64,000 bases of DNA. Source: Octopus sinensis (lineage: Eukaryota). Positions 50,950 to 62,590 of this stretch are shown piece by piece. The notes beneath the pieces were generated by a model. The model did no database searches and was not told the DNA's origin. It saw only the letters and a list, made by a program, of their open reading frames with translations. The position numbers were made by a program, and so were the translations under genes. The stretch is taken from NCBI RefSeq assembly GCF_006345805.1, contig NC_043015.1:19096001-19160000 (forward strand), in the 5' to 3' direction. Positions within the stretch are counted from its first letter, which is position 1. Each line of letters opens with the position of its first letter.

Positions 50950-53525
50950 TACATTCATATATTCATTTATATCTCCATGACAGATATAAAGCCCGACGTT
51001 TAAAAATTTAGTAATATATAAATATATAAACATCATATAAAAATATATAAATATATAAGAGACTCAAAGCTGCATATATAACATCTTGAATTTAAACTCG
51101 TAAAATATTTGGTATAAATTTGTTACAATAAAAAAAATTGGGGGTAATAAAACACAATGACATAATAAAAGACGAATTAAAATTCCAGAGAAATGTACAT
51201 AGAAGATAAATATACAAATTTACAAAAATACATAAAAGTCCATCTTCGGAGACGCGCCAATTAATATGAAACATATATATTTAAAATTGACACTCCCCTC
51301 GTCAGGATGTTTTATACGTACAACACATAGTATACGGGAACAAATGCACAATTACATACCGGCTATATTCGAAAGACGAGACATTACGTACTCCTAAAAA
51401 TTTTCATAGATACTGAATGCTACTTTATAAGCATATAATTCAATCCAGCAGCCATAGTAAATGGTATGCGCACTGCTCCATCTGGACTATTTCACTTCTG
51501 CACTTAATTTAATTTATTTTAATCTTATAACTTCTCCCATTCATGCAAAGCCACATATTCCAGTTCAAGTCCTTGACACATTTTATACTAATTGCTAATT
51601 TTTCCTTTTAATTATAATATTACGATTCAATTATTATACTTTAGTTTTATATTAATTACTACTTACTATATTTACTATATTTAATTCAATTGTTATTGCT
51701 TACCTCTAACATTTATAGCTATTTCTATTTCTAAATTTCTTATGGAACATCGAGTGGATCTTATGCGTACACGCTGGTATTGCATCAGTGAATTTATTTA
51801 ACATTGCGTTGTTGTAATTTTTCAATATAGTATATGCTTCCCTTATGTACAAACCGCATCTAGTGGGCCCAATTCTATATGGGGAGGCATGTGCAAGGAA
51901 AGCCCACGATAATTTAAATTCAACATTCCTTTCCTTAAGGTTATTAACATATAATGCCAATGTTGTAGAAGTCCTATATTTAGGATTGTTGAAAGTGCTC
52001 AGGTGGGATCGATACCTCTGCTTAAAGTCTACTGAGCTTCCAATATATATTTTTCTCTGGCCTCCTTGAGCCTCAACACTACATTTATAAATTACATTTT
52101 CCTGGCGACAATTTCCTCTAATCGGACATACTGATGGGTCCCTACAATTACACTTCTTCAGCCTGTTACAGGGTCTCGTATTACTGATCACTCCGAAACC
52201 TTGCCCCCTCCTAGCACTATGATCCACCATATTATTTACACCATCGTTCGTGCTATTTTCAGGTATATTTATTCTATTGTTATTCTTACTATTACCATCA
52301 TTATTATTATTACTAATATTTTTATTACCATTATCACTACTATTAACACTATTATTACCACCGTGATATTCATTATGATCACTAATATCATCACTAACAT
52401 CATTATTATGATTATCTCTACTACTATTTGCATTATTTGTCATTCCAACACGCCCTTCGTAATCGATTTCAGAGGACGTACTATTATTATTACCAATATT
52501 TTCTATGTCATTACTGAATTTCCCATTAAAGCTTCTGTCATCATTTCTATCATTATAGTGCCTTATTTTACTTCTGTTCAACGAAGCAATAATAGATCCG
52601 ACATTGGGAGTGACTGAATAAGCCAACTTGATTGTTGACTTGTTACATATTGAATAGTATTTATGGTGTTTTGGGAATTTTTTCTTCAATAACTTAACAA
52701 ATAGCTTTGGTAAACATTTCACCCTTCATGAAAAGGGAGGGGCAAACAAAATAATTTGACGAATCCTAGACTTAGTATTAATAACGGGATTACAATATGT
52801 TGCTTGACTTGATGTACTAAATGTAAGGCCATTCCTGTATCTATTATTACTAATATTTATATTTTTATTACTATTACTATTATTTTTATTTCTATTCCTA
52901 TTTTCACCTTCGTTAGACCAACTTTAAACCTCAATTCACATTTATGATTCCTGTTATTTGCAACCCTTTCCCTCCCATCACTGTTATCATCCATGGTATT
53001 TTCATCATTACAATTCTTATTATTAATCTTATTAACGTAGTTACCATTTACAAAACTAACATCACATTTATTTCTCTTATTTCTAAAGCTCGTTTTATCA
53101 GCATAAATATTGGTCTTTATCGACTTATTGCGAGCTCCTTGGGGATCATGAGGGGAGCTTCTTCTTTCCGAAATCCGTTTTGTATCATCCCTGACCATGC
53201 TGGCCAATTTAATTTTTAATTTTGTATTGTGCATGTATTCACTGTTATTTGTGAACCCACTCAATTTTAAGGCATTATTGTATATTGGGGCATGTTGGTT
53301 AAAAATGTTTTCATTCGCCGATAGGTCTGAGATTCTGATAGAAATTGCAGTTATAATGCTATTGGTGGTTTATTTGGGATGATTTGAGGAAACATTTATA
53401 TATTGGAAAGTTTGGTTTGGTTTTCGGAAAGCTAGTATTCAGATCGAGAGTGATATCTAAGAAATTTGCCACTTTAGGATTATTCTCAAAGACGATGCTC
53501 AAGTTATAAAAGTCCTTCAGAAGCT
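50950..53525 (-). mobile_element. Penelope-like element PLE3, 5'-truncated (RT thumb, Asn-rich linker, GIY-YIG)
   Basis: 338-aa open frame with KLAYSVTPNVGSII, CNCRDPSVCPIRGNC and VIYKC...KIYIGSSVDFKQRYRSH; VANFLDITLDL upstream. Confidence 0.88.
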
Positions 53526-53569
53526 ATCTGAGGTCCTTCTTCATTCTTTCAATCTGATCCATCCATGCA

Positions 53570-53602
53570 TATGTATGCATCCATGCATACATACACACAT
53601 AC

Positions 53603-53633
<31 letters not shown>

Positions 53634-53664
53634 TGCATACATACATACAACATACATACATACA

Positions 53665-53698
<34 letters not shown>

Positions 53699-53705
53699 CA
53701 TACAT

Positions 53706-53736
<31 letters not shown>

Positions 53737-53757
53737 TACATACATACATACATACAT

Positions 53758-53793
<36 letters not shown>

Positions 53794-53805
53794 CACACAC
53801 ATGTA
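53570..53805. repeat. (CATA)n/(CA)n microsatellite at the 5' flank of the R4/Dong-like LINE
   Basis: Direct reading; further (CATA)n tracts at ~50730-50865, ~55995-56140 and ~57530-57605. Confidence 0.9.
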
Positions 53806-53819
53806 ATAAATGTAATATA

Positions 53820-55630
53820 GAGAACAACTACAGGCAACATCAGGAAGACCTCAGAAAAAGACGAGAGAGGTGATTTGGTGATACAAGATTCAAAAACCTA
53901 AACTTCAGTCAGCTCCAGTTGAAACAACTCATAGCTACAGCTGGGAAACTAATATGTAAATATACAAAATATAAACAGCAAATGCCCAATATATTATTTG
54001 CCAGAGCTCCAAAGTCAGTTTATCACAGCTTCAATGTGAAAGGTTCAATCTCTGTGAAAGACACCCCAACAGCAGATCAGGTTTATGTCTACTGGAGAAC
54101 TATACAGGGAAACAAATGATGAATTCAACAAACAAGCTGTATTACTAAAAGAATTATAGCAGGACTACTGCCTGCATGTCTGGACATGCAGGCAAAAGCA
54201 ATATAAAATAGATGGTGAAATACTGGAAATAATTCTAGAGAAAATGTCAAATAGGAAATCACCAGGCCCAGACCTTATAACATTTTTCTGGCTGAAGAAT
54301 TTCACCTTTTATCAGTGAGATCTCATATGGTTGTTTGAAAAAAGTATCAATGGCAGACAAGAACTGCCACAATGGTTATCAACTGCAACTATTCTCCTCC
54401 TTCCTCAAAATAGCCAAACCACCCTAACTAAAAGTTACCATCCGATAGCCTGTCAGAACATCATGTACAAATTATATATTGGGTGCCTTAATCTGTTCTT
54501 GCAAGATCATTGTGCCACCAGCAACATTATAACACCGGAGCAACCAGGAGGAAAGGAGATTTGGGACTATATATTGCAGTTACTAATTTACAAAATAATT
54601 CAAGAAAAAAGAAAAAAGAAAAATCACAAGAATTTAACCGTAAAATGGCTAGACTGCCAGAAGTCTTCTGATAGTATATCACAAGGATGGACTATCAAGG
54701 CTTTACAGTTAACCAAAGCTCCATAACCATTAGTGAGTGATATTGCTAGTGAGTGCTATTGAACACCTGATCAAGACTTAGTACACTACTTTACTCCTTG
54801 TGAGTGGTAAGGAACAATTTAGCCGGACAAAAGTCACTACCAGAAAGGTATCTTTCAGTGCGATAGCCTGTTGGTGTTGCTTTTTGTTTTCTCATTAAAC
54901 CCATTATCATACTTGCTCCCAAAACAGTGACCAGAGAAATGGCTCCAGAAGTATCTCTCGTCTTTTCTTTGTTGACCTGAAACTGTATGGGCCAAATATC
55001 AACTACATAAAAAAAAAACAATTGGACCTTATAACCCAATTTTCTACAGACATTGGGATAAAATTTGGTGAGTATAGAAGTGCATTTTTGACAGTAAAAC
55101 CTGGAAACGTTGCGCCTACCTTTGAAAACCTAAGAATGAACGGCTTGTCAAAACACCTTCTACGTTCTGGTGACTATGATAGGTACCTTGGACAAGATTA
55201 GAATGTCAGATATGATGGGCCTATAAATAAGAAGACCAGAAATGAATACCTCAGAGAAGTAAAGAGAATATGGTCATTAGAACTCTCAGCTTTCAACAAA
55301 CATATTGCCAAGTCTTTGCAGTGCCTGTCCTCACACCTATGTTTGGCCTTCTGAACTTGTCACTACAAGAACTCAATGAGATAGATGTTCGAACTCGCAA
55401 GCTGCTCAATGTTACAGGAAACTTCAACATCAGTAGAGATTTAGATAGGCTATATTACCCAAGCAAGGAAGGTGGCTGTGGTCTCAAATCTATATTGACG
55501 TCATATCAAGCACAGGTTGTGGCACTGAAACAACATCTACAGCAGAGAAAAGAGACCTGTAACTATCTTGCCCAAGTTTGTGTTCATGAAATCAACAACA
55601 TGATTAGGGTAGCTAACATGAAATCATGAA
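53820..55630 (+). mobile_element. R4/Dong-like LINE RT region (degenerate)
   Basis: KSPGPD, YHPIACQNIMYKL, WLDCQKSSDS, GIFQCDSL, LFFVDLKLY and RLYYPSKEGGCGL motifs. Confidence 0.85.
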
Positions 55631-55669
55631 ATCAACATGATTAGGGTAGCATGAAATCGACAACATGAT

Positions 55670-55990
55670 CAGGCTTCTCAAAACCAGAAAGGAGAAAGCT
55701 GATTTGAAAGCTACAGATCCAATCCATCACTGGAACTGTAAATATCTGTAAAACTTTCCAGAAGTTTATCATTTAAGTATATATGAGCATGTCTAGATAA
55801 GCAACTATATGTATAAGAAGACATACATAGAACAAAGCATAGACATCTGCACGTATACATACATAGACACACATACATGCATACATGCATACATACAAAA
55901 ATACCGTTGTTGATGTTGAAATTCCAAAGGAAAGATCCTTTGATCGAGGTTAGAAACCGGCAAGAAATCTTGAAATAAAACTGAATAAGG
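55670..55990 (+). mobile_element. R4/Dong-like LINE 3' end copy 1
   Basis: Highly similar to 56490-56835; ends aaataaaactgaataa then (CATA)n. Confidence 0.85.
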
Positions 55991-56140
55991 ACGTATATAC
56001 ATGCATGCACGCATACATACATACATACATACATATATACATACATACATACATACATACATACATACATACATACATACATACATACATACATACACAC
56101 ATACATACATACATACATACATACATACATACATACATAC

Positions 56141-56835
56141 AAGAACCAACAGTATGGCAGTATGGTAGAAGCCATAGCTATTCATAATAAAAAGGAATAC
56201 TGGTGGAATGTCCCAGTGAAGACCTCAATAAAATGTAAGCACAACAGACTTGGTGTAATGATTTGAGATAGAGAAGAGAAACTGTGCACAGTTGTTGAAA
56301 TGAGCTGCCCAGCGGATGTTAACATAAAGCTGAAGATCAGTGAAAAAGAGAATACTTACGCTGAACTATTGAGAAATCTGCAGTCACTCTATCCAGATTA
56401 CAAGTCCAGGTTGATACCTGTAATTATTGGGGCCCTGGAATGTGTAACGCATTGCCTAAATACCAATCTTGAGAAATTAGGCTTCACCAAACTAGAAAGG
56501 AGAAAGCTAATTCAAAGACTACAGATCCAGTCCATCACTGGAACTGTAAAAATCTGTAAAACTTTCCAGAAGTTTATCATTTAAATATATATGAGCATGT
56601 CTAGATATGCAACTATATGCATAAGAATACATACATAAAGCAAAACATACAAATCTGCACACGTACATACATGCAAACATACATGCATACATACATGCAT
56701 ACGTACATGCATACATACATACATACAAACAAAAATACCCTGTTGTTGATGTTGAAATTCCAACGAAGGAACCTTGAATCTAGGTTAGAAACCTGCTCTT
56801 TCTCTATTGACAAGAAATCTTGAAATAAAACTGAA
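56141..56835 (+). mobile_element. R4/Dong-like LINE 3' end copy 2 (REL domain)
   Basis: EYWWNVPVKT..KHNR..DREEKLCTVVEMSCPAD..KISEKENTY..IPVIIGALE; ends aaataaaactgaacaa then catacatac. Confidence 0.88.
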
Positions 56836-56859
56836 CAACCATACATACATGATGGCTGT

Positions 56860-57530
56860 CTACTCCTTAATCGAGCATGACTAGCGCTGACAGGTAAACT
56901 TATAAGTAATTGTTCCTACGAACGCGAGATCGACAGTTACTCGTAAAGCCGTGTCAGAGACTTACAAATTTTGCTGCAAAGACTACAAACTAAATCCATA
57001 TTTTCTGTCAAACTGTTAGGCTTCTCAAATGTCACGTGAGCCGCATACATCACAGATATGCAGATCTGCAATAACGAATTGAGCATAATCAATTGACAAG
57101 CGTATCCGACCTCACACACGTTGAACAAACTTAGGAGCAACTAATTCTATTTCACTCCCTTCCTGTCAGCTCTTTTGGTCTTTGCCCAGCTTACTAGCTT
57201 TCCTTGGAATGAGCGACATCTTATAATTGTTTCCTCCATTTGTTTCTGTCGCCAGTCTGTACTTCCCAGTTGTGCAGGTTAAGATCGGATTGTGATAACG
57301 AGTCTTTGACACAGGTCTTAAACGTTTCTCAGGCTTTTGCTGCGGCCTTTTTCTATCAGTCAGCGCTCCGTATAACATCTGCTTGGGGATACGATTTTTG
57401 TCCAGCCGTATCACATGTCCTGCCCAGTGAAGGCAGTGCCATGTGTATAAGAGTTGAGTGTACCAATTTGTTCCAGTACTTCTGTGTCTAGAACATGTGG
57501 GATCCAGTGGATACCCAAGATCAATACACA
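56860..57530 (-). mobile_element. RTE-type LINE 3' fragment
   Basis: LHWAGHVIRLDKNRIPKQMLYGAL..KRPQQKPEKR motif. Confidence 0.75.
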
Positions 57531-57632
57531 CACACATACATGCATACATACATACATACATACATACATACATACATACATACATACATACATACATACA
57601 TACATACGTACATGTATAGATATATAGATATA

Positions 57633-59000
57633 CTAGACTATTCATGACCCGTTGGGTTACCAATAGTTCTAAAACTGCGTATCTCGGGAATCCGTGGTCC
57701 GATTTACGCGAAACTTCTGTTATTCTGTGCGTATTCACATGTCAATGTTACCTTACTTTCAAAGTGTTTTTCCCATTATACTCAGTTTGGCTGTTTATAA
57801 AAGTACCCGAAAAAAAACGCATATCTTGGTAACCCGTGGTCCGATTTATGCAAAACTTGTTTTATTCCGTTTGTATTCACATGAGCATCCGATTCATAAG
57901 GTCTCCTACTTTTGTATATTTCCCTGTTTCGCCAAACGCTCAGCTCTCCGAGTGTCCGATTCCTAATCTCTCCTGCTTCTCTCTCTTTCCCACTGATCCA
58001 CCTGACGCTCAGCCCTTGTTGTATCAGTCTCATCGATCCTTCTATTTGCATACCTGTCCCGATCTTGGGTAGATATTTCGTAAAGGATCCGTTCGTACTT
58101 AGGTGTGAAATAATTTTTACCACAGATTTTTTCAAGTGCATTCAACGTATCTCACCTCCAAACTCACCGCAAGCCATTTTCTTCCGGAAAAGAAAGTTGG
58201 GAAAAGGTTGTGGGGACCTTGGAGTTTCCCAGGAAACTCTTAGTTTTCCACCAACGGAGTTTTGTTTCTTTTCTAGGTTATTTCGTATGTTCTCAACAAA
58301 AGTGACATCGAAATCAAGCGTAAAGGGCTCCTTTCCCTAGAAAAGGAAAGATTTCGCTGCTATTTCTTGCACGTTCTGCTATCACGTAACAGCTATTTCA
58401 GATCCTTAATCGCAAATAGATGTTACATGGTAGCAGGGCGTGCTAGGAATAGCAGCCAAATCTTTGGAGGTGAGATACGTTGAATGCACTCGAAAAAAGC
58501 TATGGAAAAAATTATTTCACATCGAGGTTACGAACGGGTCTTTTACGAAATATTTACAGTATTTTTAAAGTCATTTTCCCTTTAAAATATTTTTTATAAA
58601 TATGTCAAAAAATATTTTTGTAAAATAATTGTTTAAAACGATAAAAATATTGTCTGTTTAAAGAAAGTTAAAATATAAATACTTACTGTACAAACAACTT
58701 ACATTTTTGTAATCACATTATTTCTAAATGATTAAAATATTTTGTTTAAAAAAGCGAAAATAGAAACATTTACTGTAAAAAAACAACTCGTATTTTTCTT
58801 TTTGCAAGTCACTAATACTTTTGCCCATCATGATCAAAAGGTTAGAGTTTCTTCCCTTTCAAGGTTAAGTTATTTCCGAAGTATTCTCCCATACCCTTTT
58901 GGGTATTTATACCCTCCCCCCCCATCAAAAAACATCCGATAGCTCAAGATTTACGCAAAACTTGCTTTACTATTTCGTTTTTGGATTCGGTTTGCAAGAT
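57633..59000 (-). mobile_element. Non-autonomous Helitron-like element with internal repeats
   Basis: Minus-strand 3' end AACCCAACGGGT hairpin...CTAGT at ~57633; repeated ccgtggtccgattta[c/t]gc.aaactt motif at ~57690, ~57834 and (weakly) ~58935; similar motif near 3625. Confidence 0.5.
58347..58465. repeat. ~52-bp stem, 15-nt loop hairpin
   Basis: aaagatttcgctgctatttcttgcacg...ctattt / aaatag...cgtgctaggaatagcagccaaatcttt; several mismatches are G:U compatible. Confidence 0.75.
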
Positions 59001-59581
59001 TCTTGGTATTCTTTCTAAATAACTCGACAAAATCAAAGCAATTCACTTCAGATATTTCAGTGGAAGCAAATGACGGTTTGATTCTGTTTTCTGCTTGGAA
59101 ATTTGCGGGTTTTACTCACACACATGAAACAGATATGCATGAAAGAAATATGCAAGGCTTTTTTTCTTTAAGTTTAAAATGAGGCATTGCTGGCATAATT
59201 TCGTATAGACTCCACCACAACCCACGGAAATATCCGAAGTGAAATGTTTTGATTTTGTCGAGTTATATATCTTTATGTGAGTTCGTGTGTTGAAGCATAT
59301 TGTATTGAGTCTGGGGTAGAGTCATTCTCTTTTGGTGCCTTATAATTTAACACACTTACCAGTAAAATTTCCACTTATTTCTTTTTTATTTTTGTAAAAT
59401 TTTCGTTGCGTCTTGCAACCTTTTCAATAGTCGTTGACTCTGTCCGTTACTCACACTGCGTTCCCTTTTGTTTGTTTGTGCACATGCGTGTGTGTGTATC
59501 TAAATATACATATACAAACACACACACATACAGTTTTCTTTTTTCGTGAACATTGTAAATTGCTGTATATTTTAATTTTAT

Positions 59582-59612
<31 letters not shown>

Positions 59613-59859
59613 TATATATCGTTTATCTTTTACTTGTTTCAGTCATTAGACTACATCTATACTGGGGCACCGCTTTGAAGAATTTCAAGTGGAATGAATC
59701 CACAGTACTTTGTGTGTGTATGTATACATATAGACATGACAGAAGTAAATAGATACCCCATAAAACATCGTTTTATGTTTATTGTGTATTTTTTATTTAT
59801 TGACATTTTCATGTTTCAGGCTCTATATTTGACTGTTAAATTATGCCATAAATTATGCC

Positions 59860-59970
59860 ATAAATTACGCCTTGGAACTGTCTGAATTTCAAAGAGGCCG
59901 TTTTGTGAGTCATACTGAAGGTGGACATAGCGTAAAATTGCTGAAAACCTTGGGATCCCGCAGAAATTGT
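59860..59970 (+). mobile_element. Tc1 5' fragment (same family as 60770-61750)
   Basis: LSEFQRGRFV and gcgtaaaattgc.gaaaaccttgggatcc are shared with the downstream copy. Confidence 0.6.
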
Positions 59971-60769
59971 ATTCTGCAGAACTGCAGAAATTGTATTCAC
60001 CTCAACAGACGTCATTGATTGGTTGAAATTGCCGAAATGCAAGAAATCTAACAAGACATAGCTTACAAGCTTCAAAATTTTCTCAAGAAAGCCAAGAGAA
60101 AAAGATGTTTTATGTAACACATCCTACCAGTATACGAAGTTTAAAAGTGTTTAGTTACAAAGAAATTATTTTAAAACTCTGTTGGTCAAAGTGAAAAGAT
60201 CCTATACACACTTATATATGCGCACGCACATGTGCATATATAAGGAAATACATGCATACATGTATGTGCGTGCATGTATATGTATGTGTATGTATGTATG
60301 TATACATGAATATATATGTGTGTGTATATATTCATGTGTATGTGTATGTGTGTAAATGTACACCTATACACAATACATACTCTCATATAAATACAGGCTC
60401 ACATACTCAGATACATAAGCCCATACACACACACGTATATACGTATATACTTCCACTCCTTACTACTTTCCCTAACCATGCAACCGATTTCCTGTTCATC
60501 ATGCGGTACTTTCCAAGTAACTGTTGTCACTGAATTTCCAACATCAATGTGTGACACCGCATGACCTTTCTCGAAAAATCGCATTCCACCATCCAGTAAT
60601 AAACATTGACCTTCTTAATTCAAATGCCCAACAGCTGAGGGTTAGCAACACGCTTGAAACTCAGAGTACGAAGGAGTCTGATCCAAACTGTTTTTATCTA
60701 TCTATCCATCTAGCTATCTATCTATCTATCTATCTATACACACACACACATACACACAAACACACATGC

Positions 60770-61750
60770 CACGTACAAAAGAAGCAGTCCAAATTTCAAA
60801 GAGGCCATATTGTGGGTCAGTCTGAATGTGGACTTAATCAGCGTAAAATTGCAGAAAACCTTGGGATCCTGCTTTCTACAGTTAATAGAGTGATGGTACA
60901 ATTCACCAGAGAGAAGGGGGACTTCACATCACCTTGCCCAGGTTGACCAGGGCCCTCCCACATGACCCTTCGCTTCGTTAAAAGAAGTGTGGGGGATAAT
61001 CCTTGTTGCAAGGCCTCTGACATAACAGAACAAGTTGATGTCAGTCCCAGAACAGCTGTCAGGTATCTTCACAGACTTGGCTACTATGGCAGAGCTGCAA
61101 GAAGGCAGCAACATCTTCGACCTGCCAATATCAAGTGGAGAATAGATTGGGCCAGTTGGATGGTGGAGAGACCACTAGCATTTTGGGACACTGCCATATT
61201 GTCTGATGGGTCTGCTTTATTTTCTGACAGTGGTCGAGTGTGGGCCTGGAAACTCTGTGGTCAAGAATTTGATGTGAAAAGATTGCAACCAACAATGAAA
61301 CATGGCAGCTATTCTGTGATGGTCTGGGGAGAAATTTGGAGCAATGGTTGATCAAAGCTAGTGGAGTGTGAGGGAAAGATAAACTCAAATAAATATGCGT
61401 TCATATTGCAGAAAGGATTCCTTCCAATCTTCTCCAATAGTGAAATTATTAAAGAAGACTCTTTATTTATGGCAGATGGGGCTCCTTGTCACATGGTTAG
61501 AAAGACCCAACATTGGCTGGACAAGAATGGCATCAAAAAGCTTCCAGGTCCAACCCAATCACCAGATATGAGCCCTAGTGAACTCCTCTGGGGAATAATG
61601 AACAGGACACTTTGTAAAAAGAACAAGATCTTTTGAGATTACCGTGTGAAACTTGGCAAGAAATTCCTCAAGAAAATACTCCTCATCTGATCAGTAGCAT
61701 GCCTGATAGGGTCCTTGCAATGAAAAATGCGAAGCGTATGTCTGCTAATT
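60770..61750 (+). mobile_element. Tc1 transposase pseudogene (DD34E)
   Basis: HTH ([17 protein letters not shown]), ILSDGS, KHGSYSVMVWG and ADGAPCH-x-SPDMSPSE with 34-residue spacing; several stops. Confidence 0.9.
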
Positions 61751-61764
61751 ATTATATATTCACA

Positions 61765-62145
61765 GGAGTGGCTGTGTGGTAAGTAGCTTGCTTACTAACC
61801 ACATGGTTCTGGGTTCAGTCCCAAAGCATCGCACTTTGGGCAAGTGTCTTCTACTATAGCCTTGGGCTGACCAAAGCCTTGTAAGTGGATTTGTAGACGG
61901 AAACTGAAAAAGGTCCATCGTATTTATATATATATACGTATGTGTGTGTGTGTGTTTGTCCTCCCAACATCGCTTGACAACCGATGTTGGTGTGTTTATG
62001 TCCCTGTAACTTAGTGGTTCGGCAAAAGAGACCAATAGAATAAGCACTAGGCTTACAAAGAATAAGTCCTGGGGTTGATTTGCTCAACTAAAGGTGGTGC
62101 TCCAGTATGGCTGCAGTCAAATGAATGAAACAAATAAAGTAAAAT
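61765..62145 (+). mobile_element. Full-length SINE family B
   Basis: Same head, body and tail as the 48520 copy. Confidence 0.9.
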
Positions 62146-62416
62146 AATAAATAATTTAAATAAATTTTAACAATTATAAGGTGTCTATTTACTTCTGTCA
62201 TGACTGTGCATAAAGATATATATATATATATATATATATAATCACAGCCCTTCAATCCAACATTCATAATTCTAAGTACTATAATGACTCACTGTTTGTC
62301 TTAAATTATACATACATGTATAATGACTCACTGTTTGTCTTAAATTATACATACATGTATAAATAATCCTCTATTTACCTTATATCAAGGTCTCATTCTT
62401 TTGTTGTCACTTTTTG

Positions 62417-62459
<43 letters not shown>

Positions 62460-62552
62460 CATTATATATATATATATATATATATCGCCATGTTGATTCG
62501 TTAGTTACTGCACGCATTTTTTTTCTCTCCTTCTTTCTGTGTTTTTTTTCTC

Positions 62553-62590
62553 TCTTTCTGTTGAAGAGCGTAGGCTCGAAACGTTAAAGA
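62553..62590 (+). ncRNA. Minimal hammerhead-like motif (CUGUUGA core variant)
   Basis: TCTTT-CTGTTGA-A GAGC GTAG GCTC-GAAAC GTT^AAAGA; perfect 5-bp stem I and 4-bp stem II. Confidence 0.55.

Noticed and set aside
46600-52150. Selenocysteine (UGA) recoding as reported for some Naiad PLEs
   Set aside because: In PLE2 the CNCR/CP/C codons read TGT, and in PLE3 the frame is open through the same motif; no in-frame TGA at these Cys positions.
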